Source of the DNA: Takakia lepidozioides
Lineage: Eukaryota > Plantae > Bryophyta
Assembly (NCBI GenBank): GCA_030704615.1
Contig: CM060734.1
Span: 39,928,001-39,992,000 of the forward strand
Length of the DNA: 64,000 bases
Reading direction: 5' to 3'
Part shown: piece by piece, positions 1-10,948 of the stretch
Numbering within the stretch: position 1 is the stretch's first letter
How the letters are laid out: every line of letters begins with the position of its first letter
Made by a program: the position numbers and the translations under genes
The notes under the pieces: model-generated
Databases searched by the model: none
What the model saw: the letters and a program-made list of their open reading frames with translations, nothing else
Told to the model about the DNA's origin: nothing

Positions 1-1805
1 TGCTCCTGACCAGGCATTGGCTGTCCAGAATGGTTCACATTCTGCTTGTACCAGCCCACAACCAGGACTGTTACTCCCTTTTGTCCTTTTCCTACTACTG
101 CATTCATCCCCCTTTGTTTTGGAGGACGACCACAAGTTCCTCACACCTTGAACGCTACAGTATCACTTGTAAAAGAGAGAATACTTCATGGCATACGTAC
201 AAGTCAAAAGAAGCATGCTGAAAGTGGTGCCAGTCAGGCCAGCAAACCCATCCATCATGACATTCTTACTTAATTTGCTGATGTAATTGCTCTTGGACCT
301 GTAGACGTTGAAAACCAAAAAGATGGAACAAAACTTGCCCAGACAGCTTCGTTGAACTGCTTAAAAAACTGATGGTTTGCTGGGTCAGAGGGTGCGGCTG
401 CTTTGAGCTCCTGCATTTTCTTTGTGAGGAGCATTTCAAAGTCTGTCACCTGTGCCCCCACAGGCCTTAAGCTATTCAGTGGAGTAATGCACCTGCAGCT
501 TAGAAAAACTTAGAAAACCGAATAGAAAATGCAACACCGCCATATGCATGGAGGTGCCAAACCTTTTAAACTGCCAGCATCACAAAGTGACTAATTGTGT
601 ATCAAGGTGATTAGAGAAAATGTTCAGAAGTCAAAGTAGCAGACACCTCATGAGAAGGCTGGTAGGTGGTGCTCAAAGATTGTAGCGCTGAACAGTGGTT
701 GCGTAGCTGATCCGCAAACCCAATAATTTGCAGGGTTGCATCCTTCAGCTCTGACACCTTCACAACCCACCCACCAGTTAAAAACCTACTGCTATCAGCA
801 TTGTTTTCCCTGTATCCTTTTGTTCTCCATTCAGCCTCCATTGGCTCTGACAACTATGGCGGAAAAATCAAGGAAATATTCCATCACATATGTGGAGTTG
901 TGCATGTCAATCTAGAGGCAGGTTCCCATCCATATTGATTTGCAAACCTTGCAATAGGGTGAGGCAAGGAGGGGAGCGGAAGGTGTCCTGAGGGTTGGAA
1001 AAAGGACACAGGGCGAGGCGAATATGACGAACTTCCTATAAACCACGAGAACAGAGGCCTTATAATATATTATGGTCATGCTAAAAGGGCCATGCCAAGT
1101 AACTGCAACGTCAGTGCCGCAAAGTCAGACTATCTGAAAGTGAGGGACTGATCGAAGCAACAAAGGGAGGTGGTACCGCTGCGTTATTGTTATCCCTCTC
1201 CAAATCTTCAGCCACCAGCTTCATCATCAAGGTATTTGCATCTATCTCCTGTTCCATCACATTAACATCAAACACAGACAATGTAACGGTATCAGGTTTA
1301 TCGTGCGTTAAATTCGGCAAAGAAAATCCAGTGAAAGACTAAAAAGACTAAAAAGACGTCTTGAAACGAAAACACAAGTGGTGAACTTAGAAACGGTCGT
1401 ATTACTCTCCAGAAACGGACGGGCCAATCTCCTCCAGTCCCTACCCTTGCCAGCAGACCCTTTCCCAGATAAAATTAAATATGAGACAGACGAGTAGTGT
1501 AATAACAGCGTCTGGATCCTATGAAGGACGAAGCATGGCCAAGTGAGTGTTGCTGTAGAACTAGTGCATGTGCTTTGCTCATCTCCGGGATAATCCGTAC
1601 GCCCGGTGCCATCACAACCTGAGCTCAATTCGACCCCAAAAAAAATACCTAAAATGATGAACCACAAGAAATTGGAATCCAACGCAAGCAATTCAAACCA
1701 CACCAACGGATAAACAGTGGTGAGACGTACAGAAAGCATTGTCCGAACGTTGCCCTCCAAATTCTTCATAGAGGAACGCATCCTGTCCACCCCTGGTGCC
1801 GCCAT
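1..1805 (-). CDS. MMS21: E3 SUMO-protein ligase MMS21/NSE2/HPY2 (SMC5/6 subunit), 5' part; exons 1805-1731, 1248-1177, 757-647, 449-339, 41-<1
   Basis: Spliced translation MAAPGVDRMRSS...LQSLSTTYQPSHE|VTDFEMLL...FKQFNEAVW|NVNHSGQPMPGQE matches the plant MMS21 signature (FREAVWNVHHAGEPMPG). All exon phases are consistent; intron 338-42 has a GC donor. Confidence 0.9.
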
Positions 1806-2074
1806 CGCTGACTGCCTCGTAACAACGATCAGCTTCAGGAATTGAGAGCACACTACGCACATGTAATTCAAAGGAGAGAGACAAGGGCAGAACGCGGGAA
1901 CCCTAAACCCTACAAGACGTCCGGCTTCCAATCATATTAGCTTGCAGCCTTCTAGGCTCACTTTAAGCCGTCCGATAGAAAACTAGACGATCAAGATCGC
2001 CTGATAATGTGATGGGGGCGCCACTGCTCTCATTATAAGTGCGAGAGTTCTCCACGGAACTGAGCAGAGAAGCT
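1806..2074. promoter_or_regulatory. Compact bidirectional promoter between MMS21 and RRF, with a tandem telo-box
   Basis: The two ATGs are about 270 bp apart, head-to-head; AACCCTAAACCCTA lies at 1899-1912. Confidence 0.6.
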
Positions 2075-5000
2075 ATGGCGGCCACCTTTGGCCGATTCAA
2101 CAGACTCAGTGTGTGTCTGTCTCCTCTTGTTAGCAACGGCACAACCTCAAGCTCTCAGAAGCTTCTCTTCTCTGTGTCCCATTGTGGATTGCATCAAGCA
2201 TCTGTGGCTTTAGACTGTGTTTTGAATCCACGTTCTGCCCTAGAATCTGTTCTCCTGTGTGATGCCCTCTCACCATTGTGCTCTTCACGCAATGACTCGT
2301 CCGGCACCGTGTCTCATGCCACGAATGGGACTTGGCTCAGAGAAATCTCTGAAGTGCAGGCAACTACGAGCACTCTTCCAGAAGAGTCTTTATGGGGTTT
2401 TATTCGCGGAGGTTTGGGATCCAAGTATCGTATTGCTGCAGCTGGCACTTGCAGGCAGCTTCTTAGAATGTCCTGTGGTTCTGACGGAGGGATTGCATTT
2501 AGTTACCGCGCACGAGGGTTCGCTGCGAAAGCAAAGAAGAGCAATCTAAAGACTCGTATGCTCCTTTTTTCCATACGTTTTCCTTTCACCATGTGTCGTT
2601 TTTTTTAGTGTTGTCCCGTCTGTATTGTTTGGTCTAGTGCACCATAATTATTATTATGTTCTTCTCTTGAACCATTGTTCTCACGTTAGATTTTGGTCGC
2701 TGCATAATGTACTACAACGTGCTGGATGTTTTATCTGAGTGTGGTTAGGGACAATGTGGTCCGATTGTTCATAGTCGATGAAGAGTTGAGGGGAAGATTT
2801 CCAGTATTTGGTTTTTATTGTGAATGTCCTTCTGCTTAGTAGACCACCAAGTGCCCATTTTCCAATATCTTTGGAGCCATCACAGAGATAGTTACACTGA
2901 CCTCCTATGTTAGTTGGGTTTCTGACCCTGCCTGTGTGTGAATGCTGGGACGACAAATATTTTTGCGAAGAAAGGAAAACTAAGAGCAGAAATGAAATGA
3001 AATGTTACTCAAAACGAAATAACGAAGAATTCGGCGGAAAACCATTTGAGTATGGCTGCTGAAAGGTATCGTAGAATGCAATGCGCCCACTAGGAAAGTT
3101 AGGGGACGATGATGATACAGTGAAAGGTCTCGTTCGGCGTAATGGCCCAAAGGCCTTGCCGACCATTCTGGAAAGATCACCACCCATAATCTGATGTCCC
3201 AGTATACAGGACAAGCAAATGAGTAGCATAAAATCGAGACGGGAAAACCCAATTGAGTAGTGGAAATGTTCTGGAGGGTGTGGAATGCATTAGTAGCCAC
3301 CATGTTTTTCCTCGATGGTGGAAGGCAATGCATGTTGAAGTCTTTCTTCTCGATGTATTTCTTTATGTAGTTGTTTATCTGCACTGCGGCTGTCGACGGG
3401 GCTGGTTAACCGTGAGACGCCCTGGCGCGGCACACGTGAGGCCAACTTGTGGGTTTGCATGACAGGTGCCAGCTTATGGGGAAAGAGAAGAAGTCCCCTC
3501 CCCCAAAGAAATGGGCGGATCTTTACATCCTTTGTACTGTTGATTCTAGCAGAGCCAAACCATCAGCTGCTCTACTTGCTCACCACTTTCACATTCTTAT
3601 CTTGGCATGACTGGTTTTTGTTTAGATCTGAAGTTCTGCAGATTGAACTTCAGCAGTTGTCAAATTTCTTTGAGATGGATGCTTTTGGTATTGATTTATT
3701 ACAGGAGAGATGAACTAAATCCTGCAGATTACATTGCTCTATACAATATAGACATGCCTTGTGGGGGACGATGATGAACTGATGAAAGGTCTCGTTCGAC
3801 GTAGTGGCTCTCAAGCCATGCCGACCACGCTTATAAGATCACCACCCATAGTCTGATGTCCCCTTTTCAAGTTGATACTTGTTGTTGTTGACGTGCTCGC
3901 TCGTTAGGTCATCCATTGTGAATGTGGGAACCTGTTATTAGTACTATATGTATGGAATGGAAAGTATTGAATCATCAGCCTATATTTGGTTTTTGTTTTA
4001 GGGACGATGATGAACTGATGAAAGGTCTCGTTCGACGTACTGGCTCTCAAGCCATGCCGACCACACTTATAAGATCACCACCCATAGTCTGATGTCCCCT
4101 TAACATATGGAAGCTGTTGCTGCTGAAGCATCTGCATGTTTATATGTTTTGTTTTTACAATTGAACCTGGGCTGGCTGTCATTTGTACCACATGCTTGGA
4201 ATGTAAAAGATTGATTCATCATCCTAGAAGGACTTGTATGTATACTTTTGATGTTCAGGATGTGAGAAGCTTCCACCTTTCCTGAGCTTCTGCTGTCCTG
4301 TTGGATTGTGACAGGAAGTGATGAGGATGGGAATGAGGCTGTCGAAAGCATGGGACCATCAGCCAAGGAAACTGCCATGCAGCTGATGGATGCAGCTATG
4401 GATGCCTTGTCAATGGACCTCTCAAAGCTTCGTACGGGGAGGGCCTCTCCAGGTATGTGGTGACAGCTGCTCTTTGACACATGTTCACATTGGCTGCCCC
4501 TCTCATCAAGCTCATTAAAAATTCGTATTCACTTCCATCTTCAAGCTTTGGCGAAGCTTCACCACCCAAACCCAGAATCAGGACAGCAATCTGATTTCCA
4601 TCCACTGTCACCAGAATCAGTTAAAAATCATCCCTTCAGTCAAGTGCAATTATGGGCTGACTTCCCACCTATGCCGGGTAGACCCCACTATCATTTCCTG
4701 TGGATATGCCACAGGAAATGCACTCAACAGTACATCATGGTCAATACTCTCTGGAAATGGTGGATGGTCTGAGTAGCTACACAGATCAATGAATGAAGCA
4801 AGACACACATCTTTCCAAGAAAACATCCTTTCACCAGTAATCCCCACAAGAACAAATCCCATCTTCAAAGTGGTGAAAGCGGTTCGCGTCCCGTACAACA
4901 ATTGCTCGGCCAACAATCTTTGACATGTCACCACACACTCAAAGATTTTTGATGAGATGGAGAGGCGTCCTAGGGGTCGTGCTGATCAGCCCAAAACCAA

Positions 5001-7707
5001 TGGCCAGCTTCTCACTGTGGGGGCAAAGAGAAAATTCCTTCTCCCCTACATCATGCAATCAGGCACATACCCTGCGACCTTCATCTGCCCAGACAATCTT
5101 CTCAACTCAGCATGGATTTCCTTAATTCTGGGATGCAACTTGTCACCTACAATGAAGGTGTGCACCCTGTTGCCAACCTCAATGCAGCAGCAACCTGGCT
5201 CTTTTCTAACCCCTCTGACCTTCATCATTCTTCTCACCTTTGCAGTATCATCCCACCTGCCAGCTGCAGCATAGATGTTTGATAGCAACACAAAAGTTGC
5301 GGCATCCTGTTCATCCCACTTGAGGGTAGATGTTGCTGCACGTTCAGCCATCTCTACATTGTCATGGATTCTGCAGGCACCAAGCAAGGCCTTCAACACG
5401 ACAGCATCTCCATTGATTGGCAGTTTATTAATCAGGTCCACTGCCTCATCCAGTTGTCCCCCTTCTGATGACAGTGCCCTCATGGCCAAAGGAGGAACAG
5501 TAAGTACCAGTGAAATAATCCATATAGGTATGTTTGACAGATATCTTGTTTTTGGCTTGACCAGCCCAATATACATGCACTTTGTCAACCCTGACTGGTA
5601 TGACAGTGGTGGGTGGAAACTGTGCCACTGTTGCAGGGATGCTGGATCATGTAACAGTTGATGCTCATGGTGTGCGAACGCCTCTCTCACATTTAGCAGC
5701 TGTCTCTGTCTCAAACTTAGAGACTTTGACTGTGATGCCATATGATCCGTCTGTGAGCCTTCCTTGCCCATCTCTACTCAGCCAAGATTTGACTTTGCTG
5801 TGTTCTCTCCACTTTCCTGGCTCCATGTTGGCCATGGATTGTGAAATGTTTCAAATGCTAGTGTCACCACACATAATTTCTTGTTTGAATGATGTAAAAA
5901 AGTTTCAGTCGGGATGTGAGGTTTTCTTGGCAGGGAGTATGTAAGTCTGTAACTTAAAATGTGCATTTGGTTGATAAAGGTGTACCTCTGGCTCAGTTAC
6001 AGGTCATCACTACTTGTTAGGTTTATTCTTTAGAGTAGGTCGAGTCGGGTAGTAGTGAAGGACTTGCCATATTCATAATGACATCCTAATGTCTGCAATG
6101 TTTATGTGGAAGCATACAAGGTGTGTGCATCCACTTGGACGCTACGGAGATGACCAAAGTGCATGGTTTTTGCAGACGGTGAAAGAAGTAGAGAAGGCTA
6201 TTCTTTCTTCACCGCTGCGGCTCAATCCTGTTCCCGAGGGTCAAATATTGAAAGTGCCTATTCCCAAGTGAGTAGGACCTTTCAAGCTCACCTGATCTGT
6301 TGGCTGAGAACAAATAAATACCCCATTTACATTGTAGTTGTCACTTTTCATTCTCTCCAGGGCACTGGCTGTGTCTGGGTCATGGACTTGAGACCATGTG
6401 TGCCTGTTGTCTGCAGAATTCAAGGATTGAGTTTGAAGTGCATGGATGGTTGTTTGCTTTCGTTGTGATAGCAGGGGCGTGATGCTGACTTGGTTGTGAT
6501 TGGGTGTGAATGACACACGGGTGGGTGCGTTCGAGTGGACCAATTGTTACTTTTTGACTTGGAGTCAGGCTTACCAAGGATAGCAGGGGCGTGATGCTGA
6601 CTTGGTTGTGATTGGGTGTCAATGACACACGGGTGGGTGCGTTCGAGTGGACCAATTGTTACTTTTTGACTTGGAGTCAGGCTTACCAAGGAACATTGTG
6701 AGGTAGGATATTTATTGTTTTGCCAGGTTTACATATTTTTCTCATTTGATTGCATTCTAATATCAGCAAGTGATGCTCCAAAGCAATGAAACACTGATAT
6801 GGTTGTTACAGAGCTTGTGCAAACTCGTTGGAAAATCAGGGGAGATGGCCAAACTCAGCATTCGGAGAGGCCGCAAGGATGTATGTCCAACCTACCGACC
6901 CTGCTGACTCCTTGTTGCATGTGCTCGGATGTGGTTGAATGTGATGTTGCCTTTCAATCTGGCATTTTAATGCAACAAGATGACAGCTGTGGTATTGGGC
7001 TCTGCAGGCTATGGATCTGCTTGGGAAGGGGTCGGGACTGTCTAAAGATGAGATGAAGAGACATGAGAAGGAAGTGAGTGCACTCTTAAACCTGTGATTG
7101 TACATCGAATGTGGTAGGTGTTAGATTCTAATAGCTTCATACGGTTTTGTCCTCACACTTTTTACTTTCACCTCCTTTGATCCATGAAAGCTACTCTGGC
7201 TGCAATTTTCTCAGCAACTAAACAGCCTTGGAGGACTGATGATAAAGTGAAAGATCTAGGTCTTCATATAATGCCAAAGGCCTTGTGTACTCTTCTGGAA
7301 GGTTGACCCACTCATGTCTGATATCTTCATGTTAATTGTATGGAATTAGTTCTGCTGTTAGCATACTAGCTCTGCAACAGACATGCTTTCATCTTTGAGC
7401 TGTGCCTGATTCTTCCTATCTGCACCTCCGAGGGTGAAAAACTTAAGTTTCCAGTGTTGCAGTCATTAGTTATTTCTGTACATTGCATGAGCCTGTTTAT
7501 CAGCAGGTGGGTCGTGTTTTAAGTTTTCACTCCCTCCTTTATGTGTTGTGTCTGCGTTCTCTTCCACTTCATTCATACTTCCTTCCCATCTGTGTTGAAT
7601 ACTTGGGCTGTAATTTTATGGGACAGATAGAAGAATTGACCAAGAAATATGTGAAGTCTGTTGATGAAACATGCAAGCGAAAAGAGAAGGAGATTCTGGC
7701 TGGCTGA
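2075..7707 (+). CDS. RRF: Ribosome recycling factor, mitochondrial type; exons 2075-2555, 4315-4452, 5637-5752, 6176-6267, 6681-6702, 6812-6880, 7008-7073, 7627-7707
   Basis: Spliced protein contains [44 protein letters not shown] and [23 protein letters not shown], plus a long N-terminal presequence-like extension. All introns are GT-AG and in phase. Confidence 0.92.
3103..3200 (+). ncRNA. Intronic box C/D snoRNA, copy 1 (dual 18S rRNA guide)
   Basis: Terminal stem GGGAC/GTCCC, box C ATGATGA, box D CTGA. Guides AGGTCTCGTTCG and CACCACCCATA are complementary to conserved 18S segments CGAACGAGACCU and UAUGGGUGGUG. Confidence 0.88.
3764..3863 (+). ncRNA. Intronic box C/D snoRNA, copy 2
   Basis: Same boxes and guides as copy 1; terminal stem GGGGAC/GTCCCC. 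Confidence 0.88.
4001..4098 (+). ncRNA. Intronic box C/D snoRNA, copy 3
   Basis: Near-identical to copy 2, with only a few substitutions. Confidence 0.88.
4831..5470 (-). pseudogene. PLS-class PPR E/E+/DYW (RNA-editing factor) 3' fragment, antisense within RRF intron 2
   Basis: [25 protein letters not shown] box (KEPGC), HSEKLA and [17 protein letters not shown] are present. It also has in-frame stops, a deleted CH of the CxxCH motif and a frameshifted terminal DYW. Confidence 0.9.
6467..6692 (+). repeat. Tandem duplication, 112-bp unit x2, overlapping the RRF exon 5 acceptor
   Basis: GATAGCAGGGGCGTG...GTCAGGCTTACCAAGGA occurs at 6467 and 6579, near-identical. Confidence 0.95.
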
Positions 7708-9680
7708 CGGGAACTAATGCTGTGAACTGTGCCCCAGAGCATGCCCACTCGTTTGTCCCACAGCACACATTTTTTGTGTGTTTTGCCATCCGGAAATAGG
7801 AAAGGAAATAGAAAGATTTAAAGTCTGCTTGGCATCTTTCTTGCTGATGATCAGGATGGACAGAAATAATAGTCGAAGTAGCCAATAGGTCTATCGGTTG
7901 TCAGGTTTGTCTCTAAGAATTCGCCTTGGTTTTGTCAAAAGGAAAGGTGGAAGTCACTTCTGCCTATTCATTATACAGTCATCAAGCATTCCTCCAACCT
8001 CACTTTGAGAGTGTTTTATCCTTTGAATCTCTAGCAGAACTGTGGCAGGTGCAGCAATCACAGGTACATTTGATATTCATGTTCACGGTCAGAATTTGCA
8101 CACAATGTTCGAAAGAACTTTTGTTCCATGCAAATCTATTCTATTTAAAAAAAAATCTATTCTGTTCTAAACTGCATTCTATTCTGAGTTATCTATTCTG
8201 AAATGGTCAACATGATATATGTACCGAAAGGGCAAACCTTAGATCCTTGTGATATACCCAAGGGCTCCGAGAAAAGGTACCTCTCAAATGGGCAGGGCCC
8301 ACGCAAACTTGTGGGCTTATCCCGCAAGCATAATGGGGTTTATGCTACACCTACTCTGAACAGCTACCTCCAATCTTATCAACGCTTTACCCATCGGAAG
8401 GATCTGTTCGCCACTCTTGGAAGAATGCCCTAACTCATCATCTATTTTGGAGACATCCATCTAACTGTTGGAGCAGTGTCAAAATGATCCTTTGGGGATC
8501 TTTTTTTCTGCAGTCTTTCCGTGATGGTAGCTTTTCCCGACCGTCACATGCGACCTTGAAGCTTATTGCACCTCAAACCGAGTCTCTTGTCTCTTCCTTG
8601 CAGCTTTTTCAGTAGTCTTGCGGTCAATTGAAGCAATCACGTCGTAATCCTCCTATCAGCTCCTGTCTGCCAGTGACTGCACATCCGTATGGTCTGATTC
8701 AAACGCTACAACAAGTATAACCGCGACACATGATGACGTTCCACAGGATCTCAAAGCTTCCCCTGCCTTTGAATCTGCTTCAGTACCTGCAACTTGCTGA
8801 GCTCCGAGTATTCTGTTGTTGATCAAGCCAGTACAGATCCGTTTTTAGTTGTGGTTGGGGTTCAGTTCAAAATCGCTGTGACGTGAAGCAGACAACACTG
8901 ACCCCAATTAGGGTTTCAGCTTTCATGGCAAGTGACAGAACATCGCACAAGCGAGAAATGTGAGAGTGACGACGAAACCGCATACGTAAATACGGTTCCA
9001 CCAATACGGAATGATTTATTTTCGCTTAGAAAATAATAATTAATGAAATGCGAGTGAATTATCGAAGCCGTTGCATGAGCCTCGACTCTGGCGAATCTCA
9101 AACGCTGAACTGGAAAGAAGAGCTGAAAATATCGCCGAACCCCTACAGTTGGATCTAGCAGCGAGACGATCCCAGCCGCTCGAACGGAAAGAGGGTGCTG
9201 GTGCGTGGGATGTAGCGTTAGCGCTATTGATGATAGCTGTCGGAATGGTGCGTCGAAATGTTCCAGTACATACCGTATAATAAAGCGGTTTATTTAATTA
9301 CGAGGGGGCCTGCTCCCCCCCGGCCCTCTGTTTTTTAGTCTCGTTGTGTCCCCCGTATGGGAGCTCTGGGAGCGCGTTCCTTACTCCAGGGCACGCAGTA
9401 ACCCGGGAGAGTAGTCCGGCACGTGTCCGTCCACGTGCCTCTTGCAGTTTTAGTACCATCTGGTTTAGCCAGAATTCTACGTTTCGCCTATATCGGGATC
9501 GGCGGCTAAACAATACCGTGACGTGGCGCGTTCTGTATAGGTGGATTGTCCGACACGCTGAGAGAAGGTTCCATTGACTGGGCAAATAGAACAGTGGCAC
9601 GTGGATGTTCTGACGCTGCAAACGTGCGCCAGCCCAGGGTGACCGGTAACCTCCAGTGGGGGGAAGTTACGAAACGCATA

Positions 9681-9700
9681 GGGTAGGGTAGGGTAGGGGG
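9681..9700 (+). repeat. (GGGTA)n run, canonical G-quadruplex motif
   Basis: GGGTAGGGTAGGGTAGGGGG. Confidence 0.6.
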
Positions 9701-10927
9701 TACCGCCATCATGCCCGACCTGCTCCGTCTCCGTCCTCGTCCTCTCCAACCTTCCGACCTGCTCCCCTCTTCAATGCCTCCTTCCATCGATTCTCTCTTT
9801 CACAATGTCTTTTTTTCTTACAGAATAGTGTAGAATCAGCTGAGTCAAAGTGTTTGGATACCATAACTGAGAAGGGGAGGAAGCTCTAGTGTGAATCATA
9901 ACTGTGGGGTACCATGAGGCCCTGCAAAGATGATGGATAAGTATCATATCCTTGAGCCACACCGGGAGGGCCATCACCAGGTAGTCCCTGCATGCTAGCT
10001 TCCCTGGTTTCTTCCAGAGGCCGTGCTAATTTGAACTATGATAACTTAGTTCATCTCAAGATCAGAACAAGATATTCAGAAACAATAAACAAATGTGAGG
10101 CGCAGGTCACGCTGTCAGTCAGTCACTTGGAGAAAGTGACGATCTGCTGTCATGGTTATTTTTTCCATGACTCTACAGGGCCTCTAGTGTGCCCTTTCTT
10201 TAAAAAGAAAAAAAGAAAGACAAGGAAATTTAAGCAGAATGTAAGACAAGGATTGAGAAAAGATCTTGTTGACTGATCTTCTTTCTTGACCTCAAGTGTG
10301 AGAAACATGTCTAGGAAAGATGACCAACCTTGCCAAGCATGTCTTGGGCGGCACTAGCACCGCATGGTCCTAGGGAAAGCCTGCTTGTTGTAGAGGAAGA
10401 GAGGAAGATGACGCCAACCCAAGTCAGCGGAAGCCTCCGCATCATGCGGCCTTGACTGTTTGTTGATCAAGCTCACTCTAACTTACCCGAAATCTAGTCA
10501 ATCTTTCGTTTCACAATCGCATAACTTCGTTCCGATAAAGGGGGAGAAAGGTGGGGGTGCCAGAACAATGGAACAAATTCTCATTGGCACCCAGAGAGTT
10601 TCTCTGGCGGTGAAACAACTCAGTCGCCCCTACCTATCTCTTCGTCTGTAGGAAAAAGCATTGGAAGTCTTACAATAGAAAGTGCCCCATTGCGGATCAT
10701 TTCTTTGTGCATTCTGTAAGATACCCAGTCCAACATGATCTCAGAACCCACTAACTCCCACGTCGCTGTCAAGAAAGGATAATTCGATCCTCCATTGTTT
10801 TGCGGGTGAAGTTTAGTGAAGAGTACAAGTAGAGAATTTTTGGTATGAGTGCAGTGCTAGCGAAAAGAGAGGGAAAAGAGAAATATTTTGAGAGAAGCCG
10901 AGGGGTACTAGTACAAGGAAGGACGGG

Positions 10928-10948
10928 GAGAGAGAGAGAGAGAGAGAG
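10928..10948 (+). repeat. (GA)n microsatellite
   Basis: Read directly from the sequence. Confidence 0.85.

Noticed and set aside
2774-2927. Fourth C/D snoRNA (ATGAAGA...CTGA)
   Set aside because: Weak terminal stem and no guide complementarity I could identify.
5046-5771. 241-aa ORF as a functional PPR gene
   Set aside because: Its N-terminal half is just the antisense of RRF exon 3 and intron sequence, and the DYW part is broken.
8400-8850. Possible minus-strand gene relic
   Set aside because: Stops in all frames and no identifiable homology.
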